Source: Candidatus Poribacteria bacterium
GTDB taxonomy: Bacteria > Poribacteria > WGA-4E > UBA9662
DNA length: 64,000 nucleotides
Assembly (NCBI GenBank): GCA_036339735.1
Contig: JAYZAL010000001.1
Span: 42,540 to 106,539 of the forward strand
Reading direction: 5' to 3'
Shown one piece after another: positions 10,127-19,723 of this stretch; the first letter of the stretch is position 1; each line of letters begins with the position of its first letter. The position numbers and the translations under genes were made by a program. The notes beneath the pieces were generated by a model that did not search any database, was not told the DNA's origin, and saw only the letters and a program-made list of their open reading frames with translations.

Positions 10127-11089
10127 CTAGCCCTTAATCGCCCCACTGGTCAAACCGCTAATAAACTCTCGCTGCAAAGCAAAAAACAGGATGGCTGGTG
10201 GAATAATAGCGATCAGTGTTCCTGCCAAAAATATTCCATATTGTTGGCTATAAACACCTACAAATTGATTAAGAATCACCGGTAAGGTCAATTTAGCTTG
10301 GGTTTGAATATAAATATTGGGCGCAACAAAAGAGTTCCAATTCCCCAAAAAACTAACCAAACAAAAAGCACCTGTCATTGGTCGAACCAGAGGCATGACA
10401 ATATTTAGATAAATATTAAACTCGCTGCAGCCGTCGATTCGTGCAGCTTCCAACAGGCTATTTGGGACAGACAAACAAGCTTGACGAAACAAAAACATAC
10501 CGAAGGCACTACTTGCTCCTGGTACCAGAAGAGCCCAGTAAGTATCCATCCAACCAATTTTGTATATCAAGTTATACAAAGGTGCCAGTAATAACATCCC
10601 CGGGATCATCATTGTCGCCAACATAAAGTAGATAATTGGAGCCTTTCCCACAAAATCATATTTCGCCAAAGCAAAACCACCAAGAGAAGAGAAAAAAAGC
10701 GTAATCATAGTCGAGCTGCTAGCTAAAAAGAGAGAGTTCAACAAATATCGCCAAAAGTGGACTTCGCCTTTGATCGTTTTTTCGGCTTCAAATAGAGAAT
10801 CAAGTTCCTCTGTGCTTGGATTATAAAAGTTCTTTAAATTCAAAGTCTTGCTAGACCACTCGCTGGGTGGCGGCAAAAACGAATATTTCATTAACACATC
10901 AGAATCTTTGAAGACAGCACTAATTAGCCAAAAAAACGGTGATAAAATAAGTATAGCGATAAGAATCAGAATCATGTACCGCTGAAGGACCCTGATTTTC
11001 GGCCTATGGCGTGGTAACAGAAAATAAGCTATAAACGAGCCAAGGACTAGAAATATTAAAGTTATGTGAGAACTGTTAATTTTGTTCAT
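10127..11089 (-). CDS. Carbohydrate ABC transporter permease (MalG-like)
   Basis: EAA loop LLEAARIDG; multiple TM helices; ISGLTSGAIKG end. Confidence 0.92.
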   Translation of the reverse strand: MNKINSSHITLIFLVLGSFIAYFLLPRHRPKIRVLQRYMILILIAILILSPFFWLISAVFKDSDVLMKYSFLPPPSEWSSKTLNLKNFYNPSTEELDSLFEAEKTIKGEVHFWRYLLNSLFLASSSTMITLFFSSLGGFALAKYDFVGKAPIIYFMLATMMIPGMLLLAPLYNLIYKIGWMDTYWALLVPGASSAFGMFLFRQACLSVPNSLLEAARIDGCSEFNIYLNIVMPLVRPMTGAFCLVSFLGNWNSFVAPNIYIQTQAKLTLPVILNQFVGVYSQQYGIFLAGTLIAIIPPAILFFALQREFISGLTSGAIKG

Positions 11090-11091
11090 AC

Positions 11092-11970
11092 CTATTCAGT
11101 CTCAACACCACGAGCAATAGCCATTTGAGCCATACTAAAAACAAAAATAATTAAAGCCAAAATCCAGCCAATAGCAGCACCTGTTCCCAGGTCTCCTGTT
11201 TCAAAGGCTGTACGGTACAAATAACCAACGATTGTCAAGCCCGCATCCTTTGGGCCATAACCTTGCAACATGGAATATGGCATCTCAAAGAGTTGATATG
11301 AACCGATGGTACTCATAATTACCACGAAAATCGCAACTGGTTTAATGGCCGGTACCGTCACAGCCCAAAATCTCTGCCAAGAATTAGCACCATCGATTAA
11401 TGCGGCTTCAGTTAATTCCTGATCGACATTCTGCAATGCCGCCAGAAAGTAAATCATGTTAAAACCAACATACATCCACATGGAAACAATAATTAGAGCT
11501 GGCATCACTAAAGATGGATTTGACAACCATTCTTGGTCTAATCCCCAGAAAATCATCTTCTGCAGAAATCGGTTAAAAAGACCGTGTCGAGGCATAAATA
11601 ACAGAGAAAAAATGATACCAACAAAAACTTGACCAACTAAGTGTGGACTAAATAAAATCAGTCGAAAGACTTCCTTAAGCCGGTCTTTTTTAGAATTCAG
11701 CAACAGGGCCAGTCCGAGAGAGAGTGGAAGTTGTAGGCAAAGAGAAGCCAAGGCGTAGATCGTTGTATTCCAAAAAGCTGTGTGAAAATCGCTATCGCTT
11801 AATACAAAAGTAAAATTCTTCCAACCAACAAATATTTTACTTTTCGGACCATTGGTTTGGTGGAAAGCTAAAAAAATGGCATCAAGGAAAGGATAAATAA
11901 AAAAGAAAACTGTTAGTATCAGATATGGGCTTATGAAGAACCATGGGGCTCGGGAAGTCAATTTTTTCAT
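11092..11970 (-). CDS. Carbohydrate ABC transporter permease (MalF-like)
   Basis: EAALIDGANSWQRF EAA loop; TM helices. Confidence 0.92.
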   Translation of the reverse strand: MKKLTSRAPWFFISPYLILTVFFFIYPFLDAIFLAFHQTNGPKSKIFVGWKNFTFVLSDSDFHTAFWNTTIYALASLCLQLPLSLGLALLLNSKKDRLKEVFRLILFSPHLVGQVFVGIIFSLLFMPRHGLFNRFLQKMIFWGLDQEWLSNPSLVMPALIIVSMWMYVGFNMIYFLAALQNVDQELTEAALIDGANSWQRFWAVTVPAIKPVAIFVVIMSTIGSYQLFEMPYSMLQGYGPKDAGLTIVGYLYRTAFETGDLGTGAAIGWILALIIFVFSMAQMAIARGVETE

Positions 11971-11974
11971 TCAT

Positions 11975-13387
11975 TTAGTTTCGGCTGAGCAGGCCTAGCG
12001 ATTGCATGTCATAGGTGTAAAAGACGTTATGAGACATCACTTTTTTCACGTAATTAGACACTCGTCTGAGCTCAGTTTTGGTGTAACCCATCAACTCAGA
12101 TTCTCCCTCATTTTGGTAATACTGTGCGGCATTCATAAACGCTTCATTCATTTTAATACGGGCTAAATCGTAATAGGGACTACCATAATTAGGAGGAATA
12201 TTGGGAGCTTGAGAAGCATACAGTTGCCCAATTGCTTGATTAGAATACAACGGAATAGGAGTTTGAAAAATCGGCAATTCCCAAGCATCCTTGACTGGTG
12301 GCAAAATGTAGGAATCTATAAATCGCTCACCCAAATCCTCCTTTTTGAGATATAGTTTCTTGGCATAAGCCCAGGCCAAGTCTTTATTCTTACAAGCCTT
12401 AGTGATCGCCAACCCACTACCTCCCCAGGTACTGGTACGACGACCACCAGGTTCCCAAGCTGGTAGTGGCATCAACGCTAATTTCCCTTCTAAATGTGGG
12501 ACATCCGTTTCAAACTGCTTACTTCGCCAATCAGGACAATAGTAAAATAGGACTAACCCGTCGCTTATAGTTTTAGCTAGGCTTTGCCCCCAACCAGCAG
12601 AAAAAGCAATTCTATTTGGCCCATAGCATTGTTTGATATACCAAACTATAGTTTCAGCTACGCCATCGGTATCAATGGTTAATCTTCCGCTCTCATCAAA
12701 TAAGCCTTCACCTCTTTGCTGAAGCAGAGGTATGATAACGTCTCCTCCAGCTTTGTTAAGGTCAATCATAAATCGATCTGGGTTGCCATCCCCGTCAAAA
12801 TCTTGGGTGACTTGACGGCCTATGCGAGTAAAATCATCCCATGTTTGTATTTGATCGGCAGAAAACCCCAATTGATCCTCAAAAATATCCCTCCGATAGC
12901 AGAGCATCAACGGGTGAACATCGTGTGGTAACGCATAGATACGATTGTTACGAGATAGACGACTAAATCGAGATTCTACAAAACGGTCATATAGGGAAAC
13001 ACCATCGACTTTTTCTTGATGAAGGCGATCCGTCAAATCAATGAATCCAATATCTTCAACTGGACCTTGTGTAAAATACCCCATCGAATCAGCTAGGATC
13101 TCGACTAAATCTGGAACCTCGGCATCTGTCATCAAAGCACTTTGTAACCGATCCTTGACCGCTCGATCAGAAACTAACTGAAGGTGGATTTTAACCCCAT
13201 GTTCTTTCTCAAATTCTTCAGTTGCTTTCTGATATGCTTCCAAGTGGCTACGTGCAAACGTCACAAAAACCAAATCGTATTCGATTTGGTCAGAGAAATT
13301 AACAAAAACGAGAAGAAGCAGCCCAGTAGCCACCGCCAAAACTAGAATCCAAAAAGGAGCTTGGCCGTAGGGGAAGTTTTGCATCAA
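11975..13387 (-). CDS. Sugar ABC transporter solute-binding protein (family 1)
   Basis: N-terminal membrane anchor; IYALPHD, TWDDF, WGGSGLAI; adjacent to permeases. Confidence 0.88.
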   Translation of the reverse strand: MMQNFPYGQAPFWILVLAVATGLLLLVFVNFSDQIEYDLVFVTFARSHLEAYQKATEEFEKEHGVKIHLQLVSDRAVKDRLQSALMTDAEVPDLVEILADSMGYFTQGPVEDIGFIDLTDRLHQEKVDGVSLYDRFVESRFSRLSRNNRIYALPHDVHPLMLCYRRDIFEDQLGFSADQIQTWDDFTRIGRQVTQDFDGDGNPDRFMIDLNKAGGDVIIPLLQQRGEGLFDESGRLTIDTDGVAETIVWYIKQCYGPNRIAFSAGWGQSLAKTISDGLVLFYYCPDWRSKQFETDVPHLEGKLALMPLPAWEPGGRRTSTWGGSGLAITKACKNKDLAWAYAKKLYLKKEDLGERFIDSYILPPVKDAWELPIFQTPIPLYSNQAIGQLYASQAPNIPPNYGSPYYDLARIKMNEAFMNAAQYYQNEGESELMGYTKTELRRVSNYVKKVMSHNVFYTYDMQSLGLLSRN

Positions 13388-13414
13388 CGCATACCAATAT
13401 GTAAGTAAGTCGTC

Positions 13415-14179
13415 CTAGGTAACTTGGCAGAGAGAATCTGCTTGTCGAAGAGCCGCCTTCCAATCTCCTTTGGGCGTAAACTCGTGTCCTACAAAGCCGT
13501 CGTACCCGGTGTCGGCAATGGCTTGAAAAATTGGTGGATAGTAGATCTCTTGCTGATCATCCAAATCATTTCGACCGGGGTTACCTGCGGTATGGTAGTG
13601 GCCAATATATTGGTGATTATCCCTGATATTACGGATGATGTCTCCTTCCATAATCTGCATATGATAGATGTCATACAGCAGCTTGACATGAGATGAATTC
13701 ACACGCTGGCAAACTTCGACTCCCCAAGGAGTTTTGTCACACTGATAATCTGGATGGTTGACCTTACTGTTCAACAATTCTAATATTAGCATCACATCAG
13801 CCGATTCTGCAGCTTTGGTGACTCGTTCTAACCCACGTGCCGTGATATCTATTCCCTCAGCGTCAGTAATATCATCATAACGATTTCCAGAAAAACAAAT
13901 TAGGTTAACAATGCCAAACTCTTTTGCTAATTCGATATTTTTCGATAATTCGTCTTCGATACGACTATGATTCTCGGGTTTATTGAGGCCGTCAGTTAGC
14001 GATGCATGTCCCCCGTGGGTTGCAATAGTTAAACCTAAGTCATTTGCCATCGACCAGTATTTTTGATCAATCATTTCCACGCCTGGAATTCCAAGTTCGA
14101 CCAGGCCTTTCAAAAAAATCTCCGTCGTCACCTCTCCGCGCACAAAGCACCAACCCGGTGCAGCTTGTCTCAGTCCCAT
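13415..14179 (-). CDS. Hydroxypyruvate isomerase-family TIM-barrel protein
   Basis: ELLNSKVNHPDY, LLYDIYHMQIMEG, HYHTAGNPGR, GHEF. Confidence 0.88.
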   Translation of the reverse strand: MGLRQAAPGWCFVRGEVTTEIFLKGLVELGIPGVEMIDQKYWSMANDLGLTIATHGGHASLTDGLNKPENHSRIEDELSKNIELAKEFGIVNLICFSGNRYDDITDAEGIDITARGLERVTKAAESADVMLILELLNSKVNHPDYQCDKTPWGVEVCQRVNSSHVKLLYDIYHMQIMEGDIIRNIRDNHQYIGHYHTAGNPGRNDLDDQQEIYYPPIFQAIADTGYDGFVGHEFTPKGDWKAALRQADSLCQVT

Positions 14180-14266
14180 AAAAATTCCTTCTGATATGTG
14201 ATTAGTGATAGTTAATAAGGCTAACCGCCACAGTTTATCAATTTTGTTATTGATCTGTCAATCTTG

Positions 14267-15778
14267 TCACTGAGTAGAGAAAATTTGATTGCTAGCAACG
14301 ACGAACCGAGTGGAAATCTTCAATCTCTTTCTCACTTGTTGTGAGATACTATCAATAATAATATTAAGCGTAGCGGTGATAAGGATCAGCAAAATAGCTT
14401 TGTCAAGCTGATCTTCCGCAATAGCACTGTCAATATAAAAACCAAGCGTATATATGCCTAAAATACCTAGGATGGCAGACTCCCGCATAATAATTTCCCA
14501 TCGATAGAATAAAAAAGCCAAAAATTGGCCGTAGACTCGAGGTAAAACTAAATATGTATATCGGTCAAAATGTCGCTTGGGAGCATCTGATCGTAACTTT
14601 ATTAAATCGGCGTTGTTACTAGTCAAAAATGATAAAATTGCACCATTGTGTAATGTGATGGCCAAAATAGCCGGTAACATGGAAGGGCCATAGATCAGAA
14701 TAAAAACATAAGCCAAAATATACTCTGGCGTAGTTCGGCACACGATTAATAAGAATCGAGTAATTGGTTTTATCGGTCTGTAGCTCAAGTTTCGACAAGC
14801 GAAAGGAAAAGCTAGCAAGGTGAAAATTCCCGTTGTAGCTAATACAATTTGCGTTAGTAAAATCGTATTCCAGACTCCTTCTGCTCCAGCATCATGCCAA
14901 GTATTTATTAACCATGATAATATCTCAGTCACTGAAAAATTAATTTCCTGATTACCGGATATCGGATCCACTCTCCTCAGGGGCCAAGGCATAATATCAA
15001 CGGTCAGAAATCTGATCATGTTAGCCCAAGATATCGATATTTTTTGCGATAAAAATGTAAAGGAAATGACAATATAAGGGATTATTAACTTAGGCCTAGC
15101 CCAGTACTTAAGTGCGGCTATCAACAAATAAAAAGCGTAGAGTAATGCCCAAGCATGGTTATAAATACCCTCGCGAAAAGCGGTTTCCAGATGATAGCCA
15201 ATTGTTGGCAAACCAATAAAACCGAGAATTGTACTTGAACGTAGGGCACACTCGAACCGATAGCCCGTATAAAGCTTAGCATCAGTATAAACAACTGGTA
15301 AAACAGCGTAAATAAAGGAGCTAAAGCCATCAGCTCTCGGTGGTATACCTACTAATGGTCGGCGGTCGGATTCTTGAGCAATTTCCGCGTAAACTTTGGC
15401 GAAAATACCTGAATAAGGAATTGCAATAGATAAAACGCCACAGATGGGATTAAGACCGACGAGATTAAGGAAAATAAAAGCCCAAAAAATCTCATGAACT
15501 GATCGTATAAAAGCGCAGAGTAAACGGACTGGGGCCCAACCAAAACCTAAGGCTAGAACCCCCCCCCAAAAGGCCGCCAAAGACGTACCAGCGAATGCAA
15601 AAATTACCGTATTTAAAAAAGCCGACTTAAATTTCCAGAGAACAGAAAAGTCTGGTTGAACAGCTCCTAATGCGATTTCGCCCAATTCCGACCAAGCGGA
15701 TAAGGTTGTTACTTCCAAATCAGCAAACAGCAAGGCAAGCAACGCTAAAACGACTAAGATCAAACTGGATCTAAGCAT
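14267..15778 (-). CDS. Double-domain PhnE/PtxC-like ABC permease
   Basis: Two internal PhnE-like halves (YRFECALRSSTILGFIG; YRWEIIMRESAILGILG). Confidence 0.85.
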   Translation of the reverse strand: MLRSSLILVVLALLALLFADLEVTTLSAWSELGEIALGAVQPDFSVLWKFKSAFLNTVIFAFAGTSLAAFWGGVLALGFGWAPVRLLCAFIRSVHEIFWAFIFLNLVGLNPICGVLSIAIPYSGIFAKVYAEIAQESDRRPLVGIPPRADGFSSFIYAVLPVVYTDAKLYTGYRFECALRSSTILGFIGLPTIGYHLETAFREGIYNHAWALLYAFYLLIAALKYWARPKLIIPYIVISFTFLSQKISISWANMIRFLTVDIMPWPLRRVDPISGNQEINFSVTEILSWLINTWHDAGAEGVWNTILLTQIVLATTGIFTLLAFPFACRNLSYRPIKPITRFLLIVCRTTPEYILAYVFILIYGPSMLPAILAITLHNGAILSFLTSNNADLIKLRSDAPKRHFDRYTYLVLPRVYGQFLAFLFYRWEIIMRESAILGILGIYTLGFYIDSAIAEDQLDKAILLILITATLNIIIDSISQQVRKRLKISTRFVVASNQIFSTQ

Positions 15779-15806
15779 ACTGTTTTAGACCGACACAATA
15801 AGGCTA

Positions 15807-16484
15807 TTAACGATGGTAAAGTTTATTTAGCATATCATTGGTAACTTCTTCGGAAGGCGAGTCAAATAAAACTCTACCCTGTCGTAACCCTATAATGCGT
15901 TGAGCATACTGTCTAGCAAAGTTGACTGCATGCAGCGAAGCAATAACAGTTTTTGTACCTCCAAATATGAGGTTAAGCACAGTTTCAGCTTGCTGAATGT
16001 CGATAGACGCAACTGGCTCGTCTGCTAAGAAAAGATGCCCACCTCTATAGACCGCGCGTGCAATTGCTGTTCGTTGTTGCTGGCCACCAGATAGTGTGCC
16101 AACTCTTTGATTGATTTGTTCAACTAGATCTAGGTCTTTTAAAACTGATTCTATTTCGGCACGTACGTTTGATTGAGGCCGGATTAGATTTCTCAGGTTA
16201 GCCCCGACTGAATTGCGGTCCAACCGTCCTATGTAGACGTTGTGGAAAACCGATAGCTGTGGAACCAAAGCGTAATCTTGATGTACGAAAGCCGATTCGT
16301 CGTTTGGGTTCTGGATCTGATTCTTTTCGTGAAGGCAATATAATAAGGTCGTTTTCCCTGAGCCACTCGGTCCAATTAATGCAATTTTTTCACCGCGTTC
16401 AATCTTAAGTGTGATTTGTTGAAGGGCAATCTTAGCTTTGTAGGCTACCTTTTCATCTACCAAATTAAATAATTCACTAGCCAT
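15807..16484 (-). CDS. PhnC-like ABC ATP-binding protein
   Basis: GPSGSGKTT, LSGGQQQR, LADEPVASID. Confidence 0.88.
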   Translation of the reverse strand: MASELFNLVDEKVAYKAKIALQQITLKIERGEKIALIGPSGSGKTTLLYCLHEKNQIQNPNDESAFVHQDYALVPQLSVFHNVYIGRLDRNSVGANLRNLIRPQSNVRAEIESVLKDLDLVEQINQRVGTLSGGQQQRTAIARAVYRGGHLFLADEPVASIDIQQAETVLNLIFGGTKTVIASLHAVNFARQYAQRIIGLRQGRVLFDSPSEEVTNDMLNKLYHR

Positions 16485-16487
16485 CTC

Positions 16488-17393
16488 CTATTGTCGGATA
16501 ATACCAACGTCAACTGCCGTATCCAAAATTGTTTGGAACATAGAATTATCCGCGGGAATAAAACCAGCTCTTGGGAAAGAAGCAAGTATTTCAGGATCAG
16601 TTAATCCAATCAAGGCTTGTTGGACTTTTTGGCTAAAGCCATCACCATATGTTTGATCCACATCGCCCCGGATTGTCCAGTTGTAATCAGGGTAAGTCGG
16701 TGTTCGCCAAATAACTTGCACGCGCTTGGAATCGACTTTCCCATTTAAGACGGCTTTCTGCCAAACTTTGTAATTGATGGCTCCAATCTCATAACTTCCT
16801 GACTGGACAAGCTCTAATGTCTTTGTATGATCTCCACTGTAACCGACACGCTTAAAAATAAGACGTGGTTCCTTCTGAAGTGATTGGCGAATAAAATATT
16901 CTGGCATCAAACGACCAGAGGTAGAGCTTTTGGATCCAAAAGTGAACGTTTTTCCTACTATTCCAGTTGGAAAATTCTCGGTAAAAGACAGACCAGTAGC
17001 AGTGTTGGCGATAAAATAAGTCATAAAATTAGGGTCATCCTTACCCTGAGCTATTGCTCGAGAATTAGGAACAGCCAAACGAGCCTGTACTCCGGACAGC
17101 CCACCAAACCAAGCTAATTGAACCTGATTGTTTTTGAAGGCTTGTACCGATGCGCTATAAGATTTGACGGGTACATATTTGACGGACTGACCTAACTGTG
17201 AAGTTAGGTAATTAGCGATTTTGCTGAATCGCTCTTGTAAATCCACGGTATCTTGATCAGGAATGGCTGTAAAAGTAAAATCAATACTTTCAGCAGTAAC
17301 TTGCCCGGCAATTATAATGGCAATTGCCAGCGCAAAAAAACATTTCCGGTTGAGTCTAAACTTTTTCAATACTAAACACCTATAAAAATTCAA
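16488..17393 (-). CDS. PhnD-like substrate-binding protein ('putative selenate ABC transporter' family)
   Basis: FTAIPDQD, AWFGGLSGVQAR, FTFGSKSSTSGRLMP, TPTYPDYNW; true start may be a few codons downstream. Confidence 0.82.
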   Translation of the reverse strand: MNFYRCLVLKKFRLNRKCFFALAIAIIIAGQVTAESIDFTFTAIPDQDTVDLQERFSKIANYLTSQLGQSVKYVPVKSYSASVQAFKNNQVQLAWFGGLSGVQARLAVPNSRAIAQGKDDPNFMTYFIANTATGLSFTENFPTGIVGKTFTFGSKSSTSGRLMPEYFIRQSLQKEPRLIFKRVGYSGDHTKTLELVQSGSYEIGAINYKVWQKAVLNGKVDSKRVQVIWRTPTYPDYNWTIRGDVDQTYGDGFSQKVQQALIGLTDPEILASFPRAGFIPADNSMFQTILDTAVDVGIIRQ

Positions 17394-17524
17394 AATTTGA
17401 ACGTACGTCTACTGTTATCGAGCCAAGGCTCACCGATCACAACGAGAGGAAACTCATAGCCTATAACTTAAAGTAGAACATATCTGATTACTAGGGTAAT
17501 TAGTGATTTACACTCAACAGACAG

Positions 17525-17671
17525 GATAACCGAATTTAGGTGGGTTGTTTCGAATAGTAAGGCAGACTATCCATCAAGGGTGAAACACAAATACCCATAT
17601 TAAGAAGGCACAATCCTTGTACCAAATGGCTATTTCATCTTCAGTAATAGGTATAGTGATGTTTCATTCAT
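17525..17671 (-). pseudogene. Possible decayed N-terminus of a PhyH-family dioxygenase
   Basis: After RBS-like AGGGG: MNETSL / frameshift / PITEDEIAIWYKDCAFLIWVFVFHP*WIVCL; resemblance judged by eye. Confidence 0.35.
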
Positions 17672-17694
17672 TATCCCCTGATATAGCGACCCCT

Positions 17695-17723
17695 ATTATA
17701 CTAATAACCTAACGGAAAATCAA
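17695..17723 (-). promoter_or_regulatory. Sigma70-type promoter TTGATT-17-TATAAT
   Basis: Minus strand reads TTGATT ttccgttaggttattag TATAAT, pointing toward the PhnD-like transporter. Confidence 0.6.
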
Positions 17724-17735
17724 AAACTTCCCCCG

Positions 17736-18131
17736 TTAATCACCTAACGTTTTTTGGTAATCTTTTATGATATCTCGGGTTTGTCCCCAGATAATTACTA
17801 ACTGATCATACAATTTGCATTGTTGAGAAATGTAATTGATGTTGCTAGCATCATTAATTTCAGCGGCAATGTAAGCTGCACGATACAAACAACAGGTTCC
17901 GAGTACTCCCTTCATCCAGTGGCTGATTTTCTTAATAGATGACTGATCTTGATTGGAGATAGCAGTTTCCAAGAGTGGTAACCGGATTTCCATCGCTTGC
18001 ACTAGTTGATCAGTCATTTCATGTACAAAATTCTCATCTCCAATCTCTAATAAAGACTTGGGATCAAAAAGTGGCAAATTGGTGCTCGGTGGCGAGAACT
18101 TATGTGTGAGTAGGTTTTTGCTATCAGGCAT
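17736..18131 (-). CDS. Stand-alone Hpt (histidine phosphotransfer) domain protein
   Basis: IKKISHWMKGVLG matches the Hpt xHxxKG motif in a helical ~130-aa protein. Confidence 0.7.
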   Translation of the reverse strand: MPDSKNLLTHKFSPPSTNLPLFDPKSLLEIGDENFVHEMTDQLVQAMEIRLPLLETAISNQDQSSIKKISHWMKGVLGTCCLYRAAYIAAEINDASNINYISQQCKLYDQLVIIWGQTRDIIKDYQKTLGD

Positions 18132-18323
18132 CTATCTTTCTTTCTTGCTATCCATTGTTCAAAAGTAATGAATTACCGTAACATAAAGCCTTAGAATTCA
18201 TCAATTTCTATTTGTTTTTGTGACAAACAATGGTTGGCTAAATTCGTCCGAATATCCCCAAACTAATCGAGTAAATGGTATAATCGCGTCTTTTGTCCTA
18301 AATCCATTTCATTCAGAGTTTCA

Positions 18324-19631
18324 ATGACTATTCCTGATAATACTGATGATCGGGCTTTTACATTAGGGGTACTAAACGGTGCTTTATGGTCGGTAGTGAC
18401 TGCAGCTATTCACCCTGAACTAGTGTTAACTGCCTTTCTCTTACGACTCAATAATTCAGTTATTATGGCGACATTACCTGCGGCCATAATGCGGCTAGGA
18501 ATGATGGTTTCTAATATCCTGATTGCTAATGTGGCCGAAACTTGGAAGCGTAAGAAGCCTTTTTACATTGGCGGTGGTGTTTTTCGAGTGATTATGCTTA
18601 GCCTGATGGCTTTGGCCGCAAAAACAATGGGCTCAACTCAACCATTCCTACTAGCTTGGTTATTCCTAATTCTTCTGGGTTTATATTCAGCAGCCATTGG
18701 ATCTAGTAGTATTGGCTTTAACGAAATAATAGCCAAGACTATATCTATTAGACGACGTGGCCAATTAATGGGTTTGCGAGGATTTTTCGGAGGAATTGTT
18801 GGCATTGGTAGTGGATTTTACGTGCGCCAAATCCTGAGTGAAAGTGGACCAGATTTTCCAAACAACTATGCACTTCTTTTTGCTACGGCTTCCTTCTTTC
18901 TGGGGTGCTGTCTAGTGTGTTTTGGATTTGTTTATGAGCCTGCAGGGCACGCTCATTCTTCACGCACACCTTTGTTTAAGCATATTGCCCAAGGTATTAG
19001 TATTTTCAGGGAGAATGCCAACTTTCGTTTACTATTCGTAGCTAGTTGTGTCTGCTCCGCCACCATAGTTGGTCCTGTAGTTTATGTTCCTTATGCCATT
19101 AAAATCCTTCTTATTCCTACCAGTTTCATTGGTTATTTACTTGTATTATCTGCAGCTGTAACGCTACCTCTTAACTTTCTCTGGAGCTATATCGGTGATC
19201 GACATGGTAATCGCCTATTGGCGATCACCTCTATCAGTATGTTTCTACTATCACCAATCCTAGTATTATTTTCGCTATATTTTGTCAAACAAGTTGGTAT
19301 AGGATGGGAAACACCTATCGGTTACGTTACACCAGCCTTGATTTGCCTAATCTTGGCACAAGCCATTTTTACCACGAGTAGTGGTGGATTTATGATTAGC
19401 CGTATGAATTACCTACTAGAAATTGCCCCCGAAGAATATAGACCTTCCTACATTGCTTTCATGAACGTTATGTTGGCCCCCACCGCATTTTTCCCGATTC
19501 TGGGTGGGCTTATTGTCGAGAACTTCTCATTCCAAGCCAGTTTCTGCATGTCTTTTCTGCTAGGCTTATTCAGTTTGTATTACGCTTATAAACTGGGTGA
19601 ACCTCGTCAAAAGAACCTAGCTGAAAGTTGA
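18324..19631 (+). CDS. MFS transporter
   Basis: About 12 hydrophobic segments; RRGQLMG and IGDRHGNR loops; TGgTATAAT upstream at 18276. Confidence 0.85.
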   Translation: MTIPDNTDDRAFTLGVLNGALWSVVTAAIHPELVLTAFLLRLNNSVIMATLPAAIMRLGMMVSNILIANVAETWKRKKPFYIGGGVFRVIMLSLMALAAKTMGSTQPFLLAWLFLILLGLYSAAIGSSSIGFNEIIAKTISIRRRGQLMGLRGFFGGIVGIGSGFYVRQILSESGPDFPNNYALLFATASFFLGCCLVCFGFVYEPAGHAHSSRTPLFKHIAQGISIFRENANFRLLFVASCVCSATIVGPVVYVPYAIKILLIPTSFIGYLLVLSAAVTLPLNFLWSYIGDRHGNRLLAITSISMFLLSPILVLFSLYFVKQVGIGWETPIGYVTPALICLILAQAIFTTSSGGFMISRMNYLLEIAPEEYRPSYIAFMNVMLAPTAFFPILGGLIVENFSFQASFCMSFLLGLFSLYYAYKLGEPRQKNLAES

Positions 19632-19723
19632 ATCAATTCCTATTATCGGTTAAGATGTTAAAGTTTCAGGGAGGCAACGACTCAAACCAGTTTGGCCTCA
19701 AACTTATAACCAAAGGATCCACA

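Noticed and set aside
14267-17393. Selenoprotein (UGA read-through) linked to the selenate-type transporter
   Set aside because: No in-frame TGA splitting a recognisable protein was seen here
19628-19723. N-terminal extension of IlvD from TTG 19628
   Set aside because: No resemblance to the family; ATG 19724 has a better RBS
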